Source of the DNA: Candidatus Cloacimonadales bacterium
GTDB lineage: Bacteria > Cloacimonadota > Cloacimonadia > Cloacimonadales > JAIOQZ01
Assembly: GCA_963665815.1 (NCBI GenBank)
Contig: OY762463.1
Location: 832,001-896,000 of the forward strand
DNA: 64,000 bases
Reading direction: 5' to 3'
Shown here in pieces: positions 40,697 to 50,073 of the stretch (position 1 is the first letter of the stretch; each line of letters opens with the position of its first letter). A model generated the notes under the pieces. That model ran no database searches. It was given only the letters and a program-made list of their open reading frames with translations, and was not told the DNA's origin. Made by a program: the position numbers and the translations under genes.

Positions 40697-42601
40697 ATGA
40701 ATAAGATTTTCCTGAATCTTTTTAAACAGAAATATGCTGAAGATGAAGTTCAGATCAAAATTATTGATCACTGTATTTCGGCATTAGATATTATCTCAAA
40801 GAATAGCTCGAATTTTCATGAAGCTGTAAGTTTTATTAATTCAGGTGAAGAACTTTTAAACTCTGTTGATTCTTCTGTTAGTCCGAGATTCGAGATTCTA
40901 CTTCTGACCATCAAGAGTTCCTTGTACTCTAATCAAAAGGAAAGTGATAAAGGACTTTTATTGGCAAATCAGGCAATTGAAATTTCGCACAGGACAGGAC
41001 AGTTACCGGAAATACTTGTGAGACTGTTCAGTATAATGGGTATTCTTGAAATAAGGAGAAGCAACTGGGCAAAAGCACTTCAACACCTTAATGAAGCCTA
41101 TAAGACTCCGGTCTGTGAATTTAATCCTGAAGAATTCAAAATCATGCTGCTCAACAATATTGCAGGTATTTACAATCACCTTGGAGACTTTGAAACATCT
41201 GCAAACCTGATAAATAGACTAATGGAACATTACAAAGAAAATCAGAACTGGTTTCTGTATTGTAAGGCTTTGATGAATAAAGGTGTAATTCTTCACAAAA
41301 TGAATAATTTTCAGGAATCCCTTGATGCTTTTTATGAGGCAAAAACGATTTATGAAGAGAAGAATATTGATGATGATTCAGCTCTGGGATTGATATATAA
41401 CAATCTTGTCTCTGTGAAATTGAATCTTTTCCCTGATGAGACTGCAGAAGAAGAGCTTGCTGCTGCCTGGAACCTTGAGAATAAGTATGGAAAAACCCCT
41501 CACCATTTTGCTTTAAAAGCAAATACTATCAAATCTCTTGTTAGAAGGAAAGATTTCGATTCCGCAGAAAAGCTATATCATGAGGTTCTTGAATCAATCA
41601 GTGAAACGGATTATAATTATAGCCTTATTCTCAATGTTTCCTTACCTGCATTTAAAGAAAAGGAAGACTGGAAGAAGGTAGCTGAGATTCAGGAACAGCT
41701 GATAAAAATTAACGAAAAAAACTTTGGGAAACAACTTGTTGAACAACAGGCCAGATTTAAAGCTCTTTATGAATTTGAGCAATCTGAAAAAGAAAAGGAA
41801 ATATATCGTAATAAAAATATTGAGCTTGAAAAACTGAATATTAAACTATCTGAAGCTTACAATGAAATTACTGCTCAGAAAGATGGATTAGAGAATCTAA
41901 ACACTAAGCTCCAAAATATGATTGATACTAAAGACAGAATGTTTTCTGTAATTGCTCATGATGTTCGTAATCCATTCCAAAATCTTCTTACAACACTGGA
42001 AAGCCTGATTGAATATTATGATGATTTTACTGATATTGAGAAAAGAGATTATCTTTCAAAAAGTAATGAGATGCTGAGTAAACTTATTGATTTCTTTGAA
42101 AACCTACTTGAATGGGCTCGAATACAGACAGATACAATAAAAATGAATATAACAGATCTGGATTTAAGTAAAATGATCGATGATGAAATTTTCCTTCTTA
42201 AGCCTAAGGCAGATGCAAAGAGAATTGATATATTGCATAATTACAATAAAAATATTATGATAAAAGCTGATAAGCAAATGATGCACTCAATTATGAGAAA
42301 TCTAATTAATAACGCAATTAAGTTTTCGAATCCTGATTCCAGATTCGAGATATATGCTGGAATTTCAGATAACTATACAAATATAAAAGTAATTGATCAA
42401 GGTATTGGTATATCTGAAGAAAGCATTAAAAAGATATTTGATCCTGATATTTTGTACTCTCAAAATGGTACTGACAAAGAAAGAGGTTTTGGGTTTGGTT
42501 TGGTATTAACTCAGGAGTTTGTAAAAAAACATAATGGTAAGTTAAACTGTGTCAGTTCTCCCGGTAAGGGAACAACTATGGAAATTAAAATTCCCAGTTG
42601 A
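40697..42601 (+). CDS. Cytoplasmic TPR-repeat sensor histidine kinase, tandem paralog of 38534
   Basis: Same architecture and near-identical H-box; start MNKIF at 40697 behind AGGAG. Confidence 0.9.
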   Translation: MNKIFLNLFKQKYAEDEVQIKIIDHCISALDIISKNSSNFHEAVSFINSGEELLNSVDSSVSPRFEILLLTIKSSLYSNQKESDKGLLLANQAIEISHRTGQLPEILVRLFSIMGILEIRRSNWAKALQHLNEAYKTPVCEFNPEEFKIMLLNNIAGIYNHLGDFETSANLINRLMEHYKENQNWFLYCKALMNKGVILHKMNNFQESLDAFYEAKTIYEEKNIDDDSALGLIYNNLVSVKLNLFPDETAEEELAAAWNLENKYGKTPHHFALKANTIKSLVRRKDFDSAEKLYHEVLESISETDYNYSLILNVSLPAFKEKEDWKKVAEIQEQLIKINEKNFGKQLVEQQARFKALYEFEQSEKEKEIYRNKNIELEKLNIKLSEAYNEITAQKDGLENLNTKLQNMIDTKDRMFSVIAHDVRNPFQNLLTTLESLIEYYDDFTDIEKRDYLSKSNEMLSKLIDFFENLLEWARIQTDTIKMNITDLDLSKMIDDEIFLLKPKADAKRIDILHNYNKNIMIKADKQMMHSIMRNLINNAIKFSNPDSRFEIYAGISDNYTNIKVIDQGIGISEESIKKIFDPDILYSQNGTDKERGFGFGLVLTQEFVKKHNGKLNCVSSPGKGTTMEIKIPS

Positions 42602-42644
42602 CTTTTTGTTATCAGTTGAGAATTAAGAAAGAAAAGGAACTAAT

Positions 42645-43484
42645 TTGAAAAAGCAGTTATTTATATCCGATCTTGATCATACATTATTGAATGATGATGG
42701 AAAACTTTCCGAGTTTTCCAGAAATACTCTGAATAATCTTATATCCTATGGACTTAACTTCACCATAGCAAGTGCCAGAAGTTATTCTTCTATCATGCAA
42801 ATACTGGATGGATTGAACCTGCAGCTTCCAATAATAGAATTTAATGGTTCTTTTGTTACCGATTTTGATACAGGAAAGCATGTATATGTGAATGCAATAG
42901 ATGATGATGTTGCAGCTGAAGTACTTAGAATTTGTCATGAAATGAAACATCCTGTTTTTGTTTCTTCTTATGATGGAGAAAATGACCTTCTGTTTTATCC
43001 TGAATCCAATCTATCAGGTGTAAAGTGGTATGTTAACAACCGAATTGAAAACAAAGATAATAGACTCAGGGAGATGATCCCGGATGAAGAGCTACTTAAA
43101 CTGCATACGATCTGTTTCAGTATCATTAATACTGAAGAAGATTTATCAGAAATATATGAGGTTCTTAAGACAAAGTTCGCAGACAATATGGAAGTTCATC
43201 TTATTGAAAATCCATACAGTCCTGGTAATGCCTGGCTTACTTGTCATCATTCAAGTTCCTCTAAAGATAAAGCTATTGAGCAATTAAAGAAATTGTGTAA
43301 TATGAATGATTTTGAGACTATTGTCTTCGGTGACAACATGAATGACCTGAAAATGATTGAAAATGCTGATACAGGCATTGCAGTTGGAAATGCTGTTCAG
43401 GTAATCAAGGATGTTGCTGATAATATAATAGATACAAACAGCAATGACAGTGTTGTTAAATACATAATAAAAAACGCGAAATAG
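42645..43484 (+). CDS. Cof-type HAD phosphatase (subfamily IIB)
   Basis: SDLDHTLL, ASARS, KDKA, FGDNMND. Confidence 0.92.
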   Translation: MKKQLFISDLDHTLLNDDGKLSEFSRNTLNNLISYGLNFTIASARSYSSIMQILDGLNLQLPIIEFNGSFVTDFDTGKHVYVNAIDDDVAAEVLRICHEMKHPVFVSSYDGENDLLFYPESNLSGVKWYVNNRIENKDNRLREMIPDEELLKLHTICFSIINTEEDLSEIYEVLKTKFADNMEVHLIENPYSPGNAWLTCHHSSSSKDKAIEQLKKLCNMNDFETIVFGDNMNDLKMIENADTGIAVGNAVQVIKDVADNIIDTNSNDSVVKYIIKNAK

Positions 43485-43510
43485 CATTATTCAGTTAATT
43501 GGAGATTACT

Positions 43511-44677
43511 ATGAAGTTGAGAGTGTTAATAATTTTCTTGATGTTCCTTGCATTTTATGTCCATGCAGAAGATGGTTATTTCATGTCAATGAAACAGAAA
43601 AAAGAGTTGATTCTTCATGGCAAAGTTACAGAAGATCACCATTTGTACAATATCTTAGTTTGTCCAGGATATGTACCTCCTGTGAAGAATGCTGCAACGA
43701 ACAACAAAAAAGCCATTAAAGCCTTAGGAGAGTATTTCAAGAAAAAGAAGTATCAGGATTGTAAAAATGCTTTTAAGAGATCAAATAAATTTGCTTTCAA
43801 AGATGTTTTATGGAAGTTCACAATAAAAGATGGGGCAAAAAAGTGGAAGACTAACTTTGAAAAAGCACATATTGCATCTGATAAAAAAGTTGCCGGTCAC
43901 ATGTTTGCTTATCCATGGGCAATTCTCAAAAGCACATTTGACAATGCATTCAGAATTCCCTGGGGATTAGCTGAGTTCGGAGTAGTATCATTTGCAAATT
44001 CTTTTATTCCAGTATATTATGGCACTAACTCTACAATAAAGGCAGCATACTATTTTGGAATTCAAGGTACAACATATCCTGTTATGCAGTTGGGATGGAA
44101 CACATTAACAGCAACACCGATTTCTTTGATTTCTCAGAAACCTTCTGAAGACAGATATGATGGATTCTGGGTGCAGTGTCTCGGTAATGTCGATGTGGAC
44201 TACATAAACGATCCTGAAGATGTTAAAAAGGTAATGCTGAGTGTCATTGATTCCCTGATCATTGAGAACTCCGAGTATTTTGCTGATAGAATAAAATGCC
44301 GCGAAGATTTTCGTGTAAAATATAATTCCTTAAAAGCCAAAATGGATTCTCTGAAAAAAGAAAATGAATTTAATCTCAGGGAAATTGACAAGAAGATCGA
44401 AATTTCTGTAAACTCATCATTGGATTCATTAAGAAACAATCCTGATTCAGATTATGGGAATTGTATTTTTCAAGAAAAACAACGGTTGAGAACGTCAAAT
44501 TTCAAATGGGAATTAAAAGGGAATGACAGGTCAAACTTTATTGTTTTGTATAACATCATTGTCAAAGATTTTGATAAAAAGAACGAAAATGTAAATGAAG
44601 AGGAAAATACCGAGCCCGTCAAAGAAGCAGTTAAAGCCTTTGAGGAAGTAGACAAGACAGATCCATTGAAGTTTTAG
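43511..44677 (+). CDS. Exported hypothetical protein with hydrophobic core and C-terminal coiled coil
   Basis: GGAG RBS; signal peptide ending VHA; long ORF with no family recognised. Confidence 0.7.
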   Translation: MKLRVLIIFLMFLAFYVHAEDGYFMSMKQKKELILHGKVTEDHHLYNILVCPGYVPPVKNAATNNKKAIKALGEYFKKKKYQDCKNAFKRSNKFAFKDVLWKFTIKDGAKKWKTNFEKAHIASDKKVAGHMFAYPWAILKSTFDNAFRIPWGLAEFGVVSFANSFIPVYYGTNSTIKAAYYFGIQGTTYPVMQLGWNTLTATPISLISQKPSEDRYDGFWVQCLGNVDVDYINDPEDVKKVMLSVIDSLIIENSEYFADRIKCREDFRVKYNSLKAKMDSLKKENEFNLREIDKKIEISVNSSLDSLRNNPDSDYGNCIFQEKQRLRTSNFKWELKGNDRSNFIVLYNIIVKDFDKKNENVNEEENTEPVKEAVKAFEEVDKTDPLKF

Positions 44678-44708
44678 TTTCAGAAGAACTCCCTTACACT
44701 GAAGGCAA

Positions 44709-45374
44709 TTACTTTATCATCTTGAAGTTCTTCCTGATATAACTTTTGCTGAATCCGTTAAAATGCCACCATTCATGTTTAAGTGGTTTGAAACCGGCCT
44801 GAGTCATCACACGTTTCAAGAGCTCTCTGTTGCCTTTCTGTTTGTCAGATAGTTTTCTCAATTTACTCCAACCGTAGGAGAACATAACACCGGTTTTGGT
44901 TCTGTAAAAGGGATTAAATCCCATATCAAGCAACTTGCCGTTTGAATCAATAATTGTAATATCAACAGCCGCTCCGTAATTGTGCATTGAACCGGTATTG
45001 GGATTTGCAACAAATACTTCGAATTCTGTTCCTCTTACTTGTTCGAACATTACTCTGGATACAGAGTTAGGTCGTGCAGCATCCATAATGAGAAGACTGT
45101 AATTCGGATGATCTTTTTTAAGAAGTTTTTGTGCAACTGCAAGCTTCTCAGCAACAGGTTTTTGTAAGTATGCCTTCTTCATGTTACCGTAAAAATTATG
45201 TCTGAAGACATTCCATTTTTCGTTTGAGTTGACCAACTTTACATGTATTGATTTATCATACATTGATACATTAACAAGCCCTGCATCAATAAAAGTCTGT
45301 TCAACTTCCCCTACAACCGCAAAAGCTAATTGGACTGAGATGTATAAAATCAGCAGTAACAATCTTTTTTGCAT
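44709..45374 (-). CDS. ddpX: D-alanyl-D-alanine dipeptidase (M15D, VanX/DdpX-like), exported
   Basis: DAARP, SMHNYGAAVD, LDMG, EWWHF; signal peptide; start 45374 or 45380. Confidence 0.88.
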   Translation of the reverse strand: MQKRLLLLILYISVQLAFAVVGEVEQTFIDAGLVNVSMYDKSIHVKLVNSNEKWNVFRHNFYGNMKKAYLQKPVAEKLAVAQKLLKKDHPNYSLLIMDAARPNSVSRVMFEQVRGTEFEVFVANPNTGSMHNYGAAVDITIIDSNGKLLDMGFNPFYRTKTGVMFSYGWSKLRKLSDKQKGNRELLKRVMTQAGFKPLKHEWWHFNGFSKSYIRKNFKMIK

Positions 45375-45383
45375 TATCAAAAT

Positions 45384-46559
45384 TTATTCAAACAAACTTT
45401 TAAGAGATTCTGAGTATGATTTGTAGTTGTAGACTTCCATTCCCATCTGGTAAGCATTCTTACTTATCTGTTCAATTTTTTCAGGATTATCAATAGCATA
45501 CTGCATTTTCTCTGCAAACATGTTCACATCGTATTTTTTAGCCAGAAGTGCTGTTTCACCATCTTTGAACTGAAGCTTAACTTCTCCTTCATTTGTGGAA
45601 ATTATTGCCCTTCCTGCAGCAACATATTCACTGATCTTATGTGGGTACCTTGCAATATCCTGAATTGTGTGCCTTATAGGGATAAGTAGGGCATAAGCAT
45701 TAACGTATTTCTGCACGAGTTCTTCATAAGGGATATCATAGCAATGTTTAATCAGGTCTTTCTTTGGATGCCTGTCTATTCTGTACTGTAGTTTCTTAAT
45801 TAGTTTTTTAGAGCCTCCACTAATTAAAAACAGCTTTGTAGAATCATCATTAACCTTTTCGTAAGAATCCAGAATAAACTCTATCAATTCCCAGTATGAA
45901 ATTGCTCCACAGAAAAGAAAGTACTTATCTTTTGAATTTCTTTTGAACCTCTTGAATGTAACAAAATCACAAATAGGAGTGACTTTAAGATACTTGCGAC
46001 CAGGAGCATATTCCTTAAGAACACCAATAAGATACTCACTTATAGGCATAACTACGTCAACAATTTTGAAAGCAAACTTATGATACATTGCTATGCTGAA
46101 ACGGTGTAAAACTGTATCATTACCTTCCAGTTCTATTGATCTGTGCTCCACATAATTCAAAACAGTTTTAACATTGAGCATTTTCAAAATAAAGCTATAA
46201 AGTAATATCCACTTGAAACTCCTTGCAGAGATTATTGCTCCGTCCAGTCTATTCTGCTGTTTCAATTTACACAAATAGCTGATTTCGCCAAATAATCCTT
46301 TAACTGAGTCAATTACGTTACTTATTTTGCCGGTAGGTCTTACTGAAGTTCCAGTAGTATAAATATAGTCAATTCCTTCGAAACTCCCCTCTGCAGGAAT
46401 TCTATCCGAATTCTTTAGAACAGACTTCCTGTTGATTACCTTTACATTACATCCTGCAAGTATCAATGATTTTGAAACCATTATCATTTTCTGAACTTCT
46501 GCATAGCCTAAAGGGAATCCACTATAACCCAGATAGACTATATGCTTTTTATTAATCAT
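45384..46559 (-). CDS. Glycosyltransferase family 4 (GT-B)
   Basis: PHKISEYVAAGRAIIST, DGETALL, typical GT4 C-terminal half. Confidence 0.88.
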   Translation of the reverse strand: MINKKHIVYLGYSGFPLGYAEVQKMIMVSKSLILAGCNVKVINRKSVLKNSDRIPAEGSFEGIDYIYTTGTSVRPTGKISNVIDSVKGLFGEISYLCKLKQQNRLDGAIISARSFKWILLYSFILKMLNVKTVLNYVEHRSIELEGNDTVLHRFSIAMYHKFAFKIVDVVMPISEYLIGVLKEYAPGRKYLKVTPICDFVTFKRFKRNSKDKYFLFCGAISYWELIEFILDSYEKVNDDSTKLFLISGGSKKLIKKLQYRIDRHPKKDLIKHCYDIPYEELVQKYVNAYALLIPIRHTIQDIARYPHKISEYVAAGRAIISTNEGEVKLQFKDGETALLAKKYDVNMFAEKMQYAIDNPEKIEQISKNAYQMGMEVYNYKSYSESLKSLFE

Positions 46560-46580
46560 TGTGTTTCCTTTGCGAAAAAC

Positions 46581-46612
46581 AGCGAATTCTATAAAAATTT
46601 ATAGAATTCGCT
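46581..46612 (-). terminator. Perfect 15-bp inverted repeat (terminator or stabilising hairpin) between the epimerase and GT genes
   Basis: AGCGAATTCTATAAA-aa-TTTATAGAATTCGCT, followed by GTTTTT on the minus strand. Confidence 0.65.
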
Positions 46613-46646
46613 TTTATGTTATATATTTTTGTTGTTATTTGAATAT

Positions 46647-47597
46647 CTATTGACGCTGATCAGCTTCCACTTTATTATCAATATACCAGTTAATTGTCTT
46701 CTCCAGACCTTCTTTAAGAGTGTAAGGAGAATACTCAGGATAAAGAGATCTCAGTTTCTTTCCGCTGAGAACTTTTCTTGCAACACCATTAGGTTTTGTA
46801 GGATCCCATTTTATTTTACTTTTATCCAGTCCGGCAATATCAGCAATAAGATTTGAAAGATCAAAGATTGAAGTCTCTTCCCCGTTAACATTCACAGGCT
46901 CAAGATCATGCTCAAACTTAATACTCTGAATAATTACATCTGCGGCATCTTTCACGTATACAAATTCACGAATTGGTTCACCTGTTCCCCATGCGTTAAC
47001 AAAACCATCATTCTGCTGTGCTTCTACGACTTTTTTAATCAGTGCAGAAATAACATGACTTCTCTTTTCATTAAAAACGTCATGCTCACCATACAGGTTT
47101 GTCAAAACAATCTGGTTTGATTCGATTGCATATTGTTTAAAATAAGCTTTTTGTAAAACAAGATGAATTCTTTTAGTAAATCCATAAGCTTCAACAGAAT
47201 CATGACATCTTCCATTGAACATATCAACTTCTTTCAATTCATCATGTATGTGTCCCGGATAACTGCATGCACTTCCAACGGAAACAATTTTCTTTACTTT
47301 CCATTCTGCAGCAGCTCTGAATATATTAAGAGCCATTCTTGCGTTTCTGTCAATAAGTCCGACAGGATCACTCATATTAATCCCGATTCCGCCATAATAT
47401 GCAGCTGAATGAATAACACAATCAATTGCTATACCTTTTTCATTCAGACCGGCAAAATACTCAGAAACACCTTCGTTTGTTTCAAGATTGAACTCCTTAG
47501 ATCTTGGTGCAAAAACATTGTAACCTTTTTCTTCTGCTGAGGTTACAAGCTGACGTCCAAGAAATCCTGAACCACCAGTAATAAGAACATTCTTCAT
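46647..47597 (-). CDS. GDP-L-fucose synthase-like NDP-sugar epimerase/reductase
   Basis: GGSGFLG, AAYYGGIGIN, GSACSYP, YGFTK, NLYG, SHVISALI, WGTGEPIREFVYV, WDPTKPNG; TAATG-coupled to the upstream gene. Confidence 0.88.
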   Translation of the reverse strand: MKNVLITGGSGFLGRQLVTSAEEKGYNVFAPRSKEFNLETNEGVSEYFAGLNEKGIAIDCVIHSAAYYGGIGINMSDPVGLIDRNARMALNIFRAAAEWKVKKIVSVGSACSYPGHIHDELKEVDMFNGRCHDSVEAYGFTKRIHLVLQKAYFKQYAIESNQIVLTNLYGEHDVFNEKRSHVISALIKKVVEAQQNDGFVNAWGTGEPIREFVYVKDAADVIIQSIKFEHDLEPVNVNGEETSIFDLSNLIADIAGLDKSKIKWDPTKPNGVARKVLSGKKLRSLYPEYSPYTLKEGLEKTINWYIDNKVEADQRQ

Positions 47598-48517
47598 TAA
47601 GCATTTCTCCATTCATTATAAATTGTTAAATACTTAAGTACTTTCACAAGTTCATCCATACCTTCATGAATTGAGGTTTTAGCCTGATAACCGAGATCTT
47701 TAATTTTCTTGTATGAAACTTCATAGTCTCTCTTGTCAAGATCTTCACCAATAGCAGCTTCATGCAGATAATAATCAACTTTAGTTTTAATAAGATCTGC
47801 GATATCTTTCTTAGTGAAGTTCATGCTTTCATCACCTACATTGAAAGCCTGACCACTCATTTTGTCATAGTTTTCAATAGTAAACTCAATACTTCTTACA
47901 GCATCACTGACATGAAGGAATGTTCTTCTGAATGAGCTTTCATAAAGTACAATTTGTCTGCTGTGAAGAGCCTGATGAATGAAGTCATTCACGAGAAGGT
48001 CAAGTCTGATTCGTGGAGAAACCCCAAACACTGTTGCAAACCTGAGACCAACACCATTAGCTCCAAGTACTAACTTTTCAGCTTCGGCTTTTGTTGATCC
48101 ATAGAGCGTTAATGGAGCAATTGGAGTATTTTCATCACAAATACCATCAACTTTTCCATATGTGGAACCGGTTGATGCAAAAATCATTCTCTGTCCTTCA
48201 GTTAAACCTTCAACAATGTTTCTTGTGCCTTCAACATTAATTGTTGTTGCTCTATGTGGATCTGCAGCACATGCAGGATATCCAACGATTGCTGCAAGAT
48301 GAACTACAATATCAACTCCCTTCATAGCTTCCTGAATTTTTTTTCGATCTCTTACATCACCTTTTACAATTGTTAAATTTTTGTTACTAACAAAGTGAAG
48401 AATTGATCTAAGCCCAAATGAGAAATTATCATAAAGAATGACTTCATGGTTGCTTAAAAGTTTTGGTAATAAAAGTGAGCCAATATATCCACTTCCGCCT
48501 GTTACGAGTATCTTCAT
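47597..48517 (-). CDS. NAD-dependent epimerase/dehydratase (extended SDR)
   Basis: TGGSGYIG, HLAAIVG, STGSTYG, YGSTK, LRFATVFGVSPR; GGAGG RBS. Confidence 0.92.
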   Translation of the reverse strand: MKILVTGGSGYIGSLLLPKLLSNHEVILYDNFSFGLRSILHFVSNKNLTIVKGDVRDRKKIQEAMKGVDIVVHLAAIVGYPACAADPHRATTINVEGTRNIVEGLTEGQRMIFASTGSTYGKVDGICDENTPIAPLTLYGSTKAEAEKLVLGANGVGLRFATVFGVSPRIRLDLLVNDFIHQALHSRQIVLYESSFRRTFLHVSDAVRSIEFTIENYDKMSGQAFNVGDESMNFTKKDIADLIKTKVDYYLHEAAIGEDLDKRDYEVSYKKIKDLGYQAKTSIHEGMDELVKVLKYLTIYNEWRNA

Positions 48518-48831
48518 AGTTTCCTCCAGTTATGATTCTATGACATTATTCATGTATATTTTTATTTTTGTAACACTAATGTATTTACAATGTGCAAAAA
48601 AAAGGAGATTTTACTATAAAGTCAACAAAAAAAGTCATTATTATCTTATATATATAATATCATTTACAAAATACGTGCTTAATTGATGTATTTCCCTGAA
48701 GTATGTCACTACATTTCCAGTTTAAACATATCAATTATCCAAGATATACGTTAATCATTGCTTAAACATTGCCACTAAATGATTATGAAGTGTTTTATCC
48801 ACGAGATGATTTCAGTTACTATAAAAAAAAT

Positions 48832-48858
48832 TAAAGTAGTATTACTATTATCCGATAA
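48832..48858 (+). promoter_or_regulatory. Putative sigma28 (FliA/SigD) promoter
   Basis: TAAA-N15-TCCGATAA, one mismatch to TAAA-N15-GCCGATAA, about 46 nt before the ATG at 48905. Confidence 0.65.
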
Positions 48859-48904
48859 TATACCAGTTCTTTGAAACATTCGTGATTCTGACAAAGGAGG
48901 ATGG

Positions 48905-49372
48905 ATGACAATCCAAAGAGAGTTAAGCTTTTTAAAAGGCTTGGCGACTCATTCTTCTGCTCTTCAGAAGAGTTCCACCCCAGGAATAAGGAGCGTCTCA
49001 TCGATCAAACACAAGCAGAAGAAACAAGCCGAAAATGATCGGCGAGATGAGCAAGACAGGGATGTCAGAAGCACGGAATTCAATGGTACGGAGTCAGCTT
49101 TTTTAAATAATGATTCGATGCCGTTGGATGGAACCCCTAAGGAATTGACAGATTACTCCAAAGGGGATAAAACTCCACCAATGGAAATTTTAAAGGCTGA
49201 GGACCCCCAGCACGCACACCGGTCCTCAGATCCTTTAAACAGAAGAAACAGATTTGAAAACAAAACAGCTTCCGTATCTAAATCTGGAAATCCGGAAAGT
49301 GCAATCATAAAGTTTAAAGCTACTGATGAATCTGACCATGCCAAGGACAACCAGGTTGATATCACTATTTAA
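48905..49372 (+). CDS. Hypothetical, largely low-complexity protein ending ...NQVDITI
   Basis: Strong AAAGGAGG RBS, own promoter and terminator; hydrophilic charged sequence. Confidence 0.75.
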   Translation: MTIQRELSFLKGLATHSSALQKSSTPGIRSVSSIKHKQKKQAENDRRDEQDRDVRSTEFNGTESAFLNNDSMPLDGTPKELTDYSKGDKTPPMEILKAEDPQHAHRSSDPLNRRNRFENKTASVSKSGNPESAIIKFKATDESDHAKDNQVDITI

Positions 49373-49399
49373 AAAAGCCATGTCTCATGGCTTTTTTTT
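49371..49399 (+). terminator. Rho-independent terminator, potentially bidirectional
   Basis: AAAAAAGCCATG-tct-CATGGCTTTTTTTT. Confidence 0.8.
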
Positions 49400-49403
49400 A
49401 TGC

Positions 49404-49435
49404 TAAAAAAAAAGGCTGCCCTAATTGACAGCCTG
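49404..49435 (-). terminator. Rho-independent terminator of the ACP-like gene pair
   Basis: Minus strand AGGCTG-tcaattaggg-CAGCCT followed by a T run. Confidence 0.75.
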
Positions 49436-49451
49436 ATATTATAGTTAAACC

Positions 49452-49745
49452 CTACATCTTTTTCGAAATGTAAGAAATTGCACTACCTACCGTAGTAATC
49501 ATCATTGCATCCTCATCCGGAATCTCAATATCAAAGATAGTTTCCAGATTATCCATTATCTGCCTTACTTCTGCCCAGCTTGCTCCAAGATCAGAATAAT
49601 AATTCTGAGATGGAGTAATCCTGCTCTGGTCAATATTAAGAACAATAGAAGTCTGCTTAATAACCATATACTCAATATCCACAGCTGCTAATGTTCCAGT
49701 TAATAAAAGCAATGCGAAAATGATCATTACAAGTTTGGTCTTCAT
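49452..49745 (-). CDS. Signal-peptide-bearing acyl carrier protein homologue lacking the phosphopantetheine serine
   Basis: AAGGAG RBS; MKTK-hydrophobic-TLAA signal; DLGASWAE...LETIFDIEIPDEDAMMITTVGSAISYI aligns without gaps to AcpP. Confidence 0.88.
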   Translation of the reverse strand: MKTKLVMIIFALLLLTGTLAAVDIEYMVIKQTSIVLNIDQSRITPSQNYYSDLGASWAEVRQIMDNLETIFDIEIPDEDAMMITTVGSAISYISKKM

Positions 49746-49782
49746 AGTTTCTCCTTTTATTTAAGTTATAAAACTCAGCTTG

Positions 49783-50073
49783 TTAATCTTTGGCAAGATA
49801 TGCACTTACATTACCAACAGTTGTTAAATTTTCGGCTTCTTCATCCGGAATATCAATCTCAAAAATCTCGGCAAGTTCATCAATAATCTTCAGTCTTTGA
49901 AAATTGGTTGCACCAAGATCAAATATGAAATGATCTGACTTATCAATATTATTTGGATCAAGATTCAAATGTTCTGCAGTAACATCTTTGACTACCTGCA
50001 GTTCATCCACAGCAGATAAAGAACCCAAAACTAGTACAGCAAACATTATAAACATGAGTAATTTTGTTTTCAT
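49783..50073 (-). CDS. Second signal-peptide-bearing ACP homologue lacking the phosphopantetheine serine
   Basis: Start MKTKLL at 50073 behind AAGGAG; signal ends SLSA; DLGATNFQ...FEIDIPDEEAENLTTVGNV. Confidence 0.88.
   Translation of the reverse strand: MKTKLLMFIMFAVLVLGSLSAVDELQVVKDVTAEHLNLDPNNIDKSDHFIFDLGATNFQRLKIIDELAEIFEIDIPDEEAENLTTVGNVSAYLAKD

Noticed and set aside
49452-50073. Annotation as ordinary acpP genes of a fatty-acid or polyketide cluster
   Set aside because: No DSL serine, signal peptides present, and no fab, PKS or PPTase genes nearby
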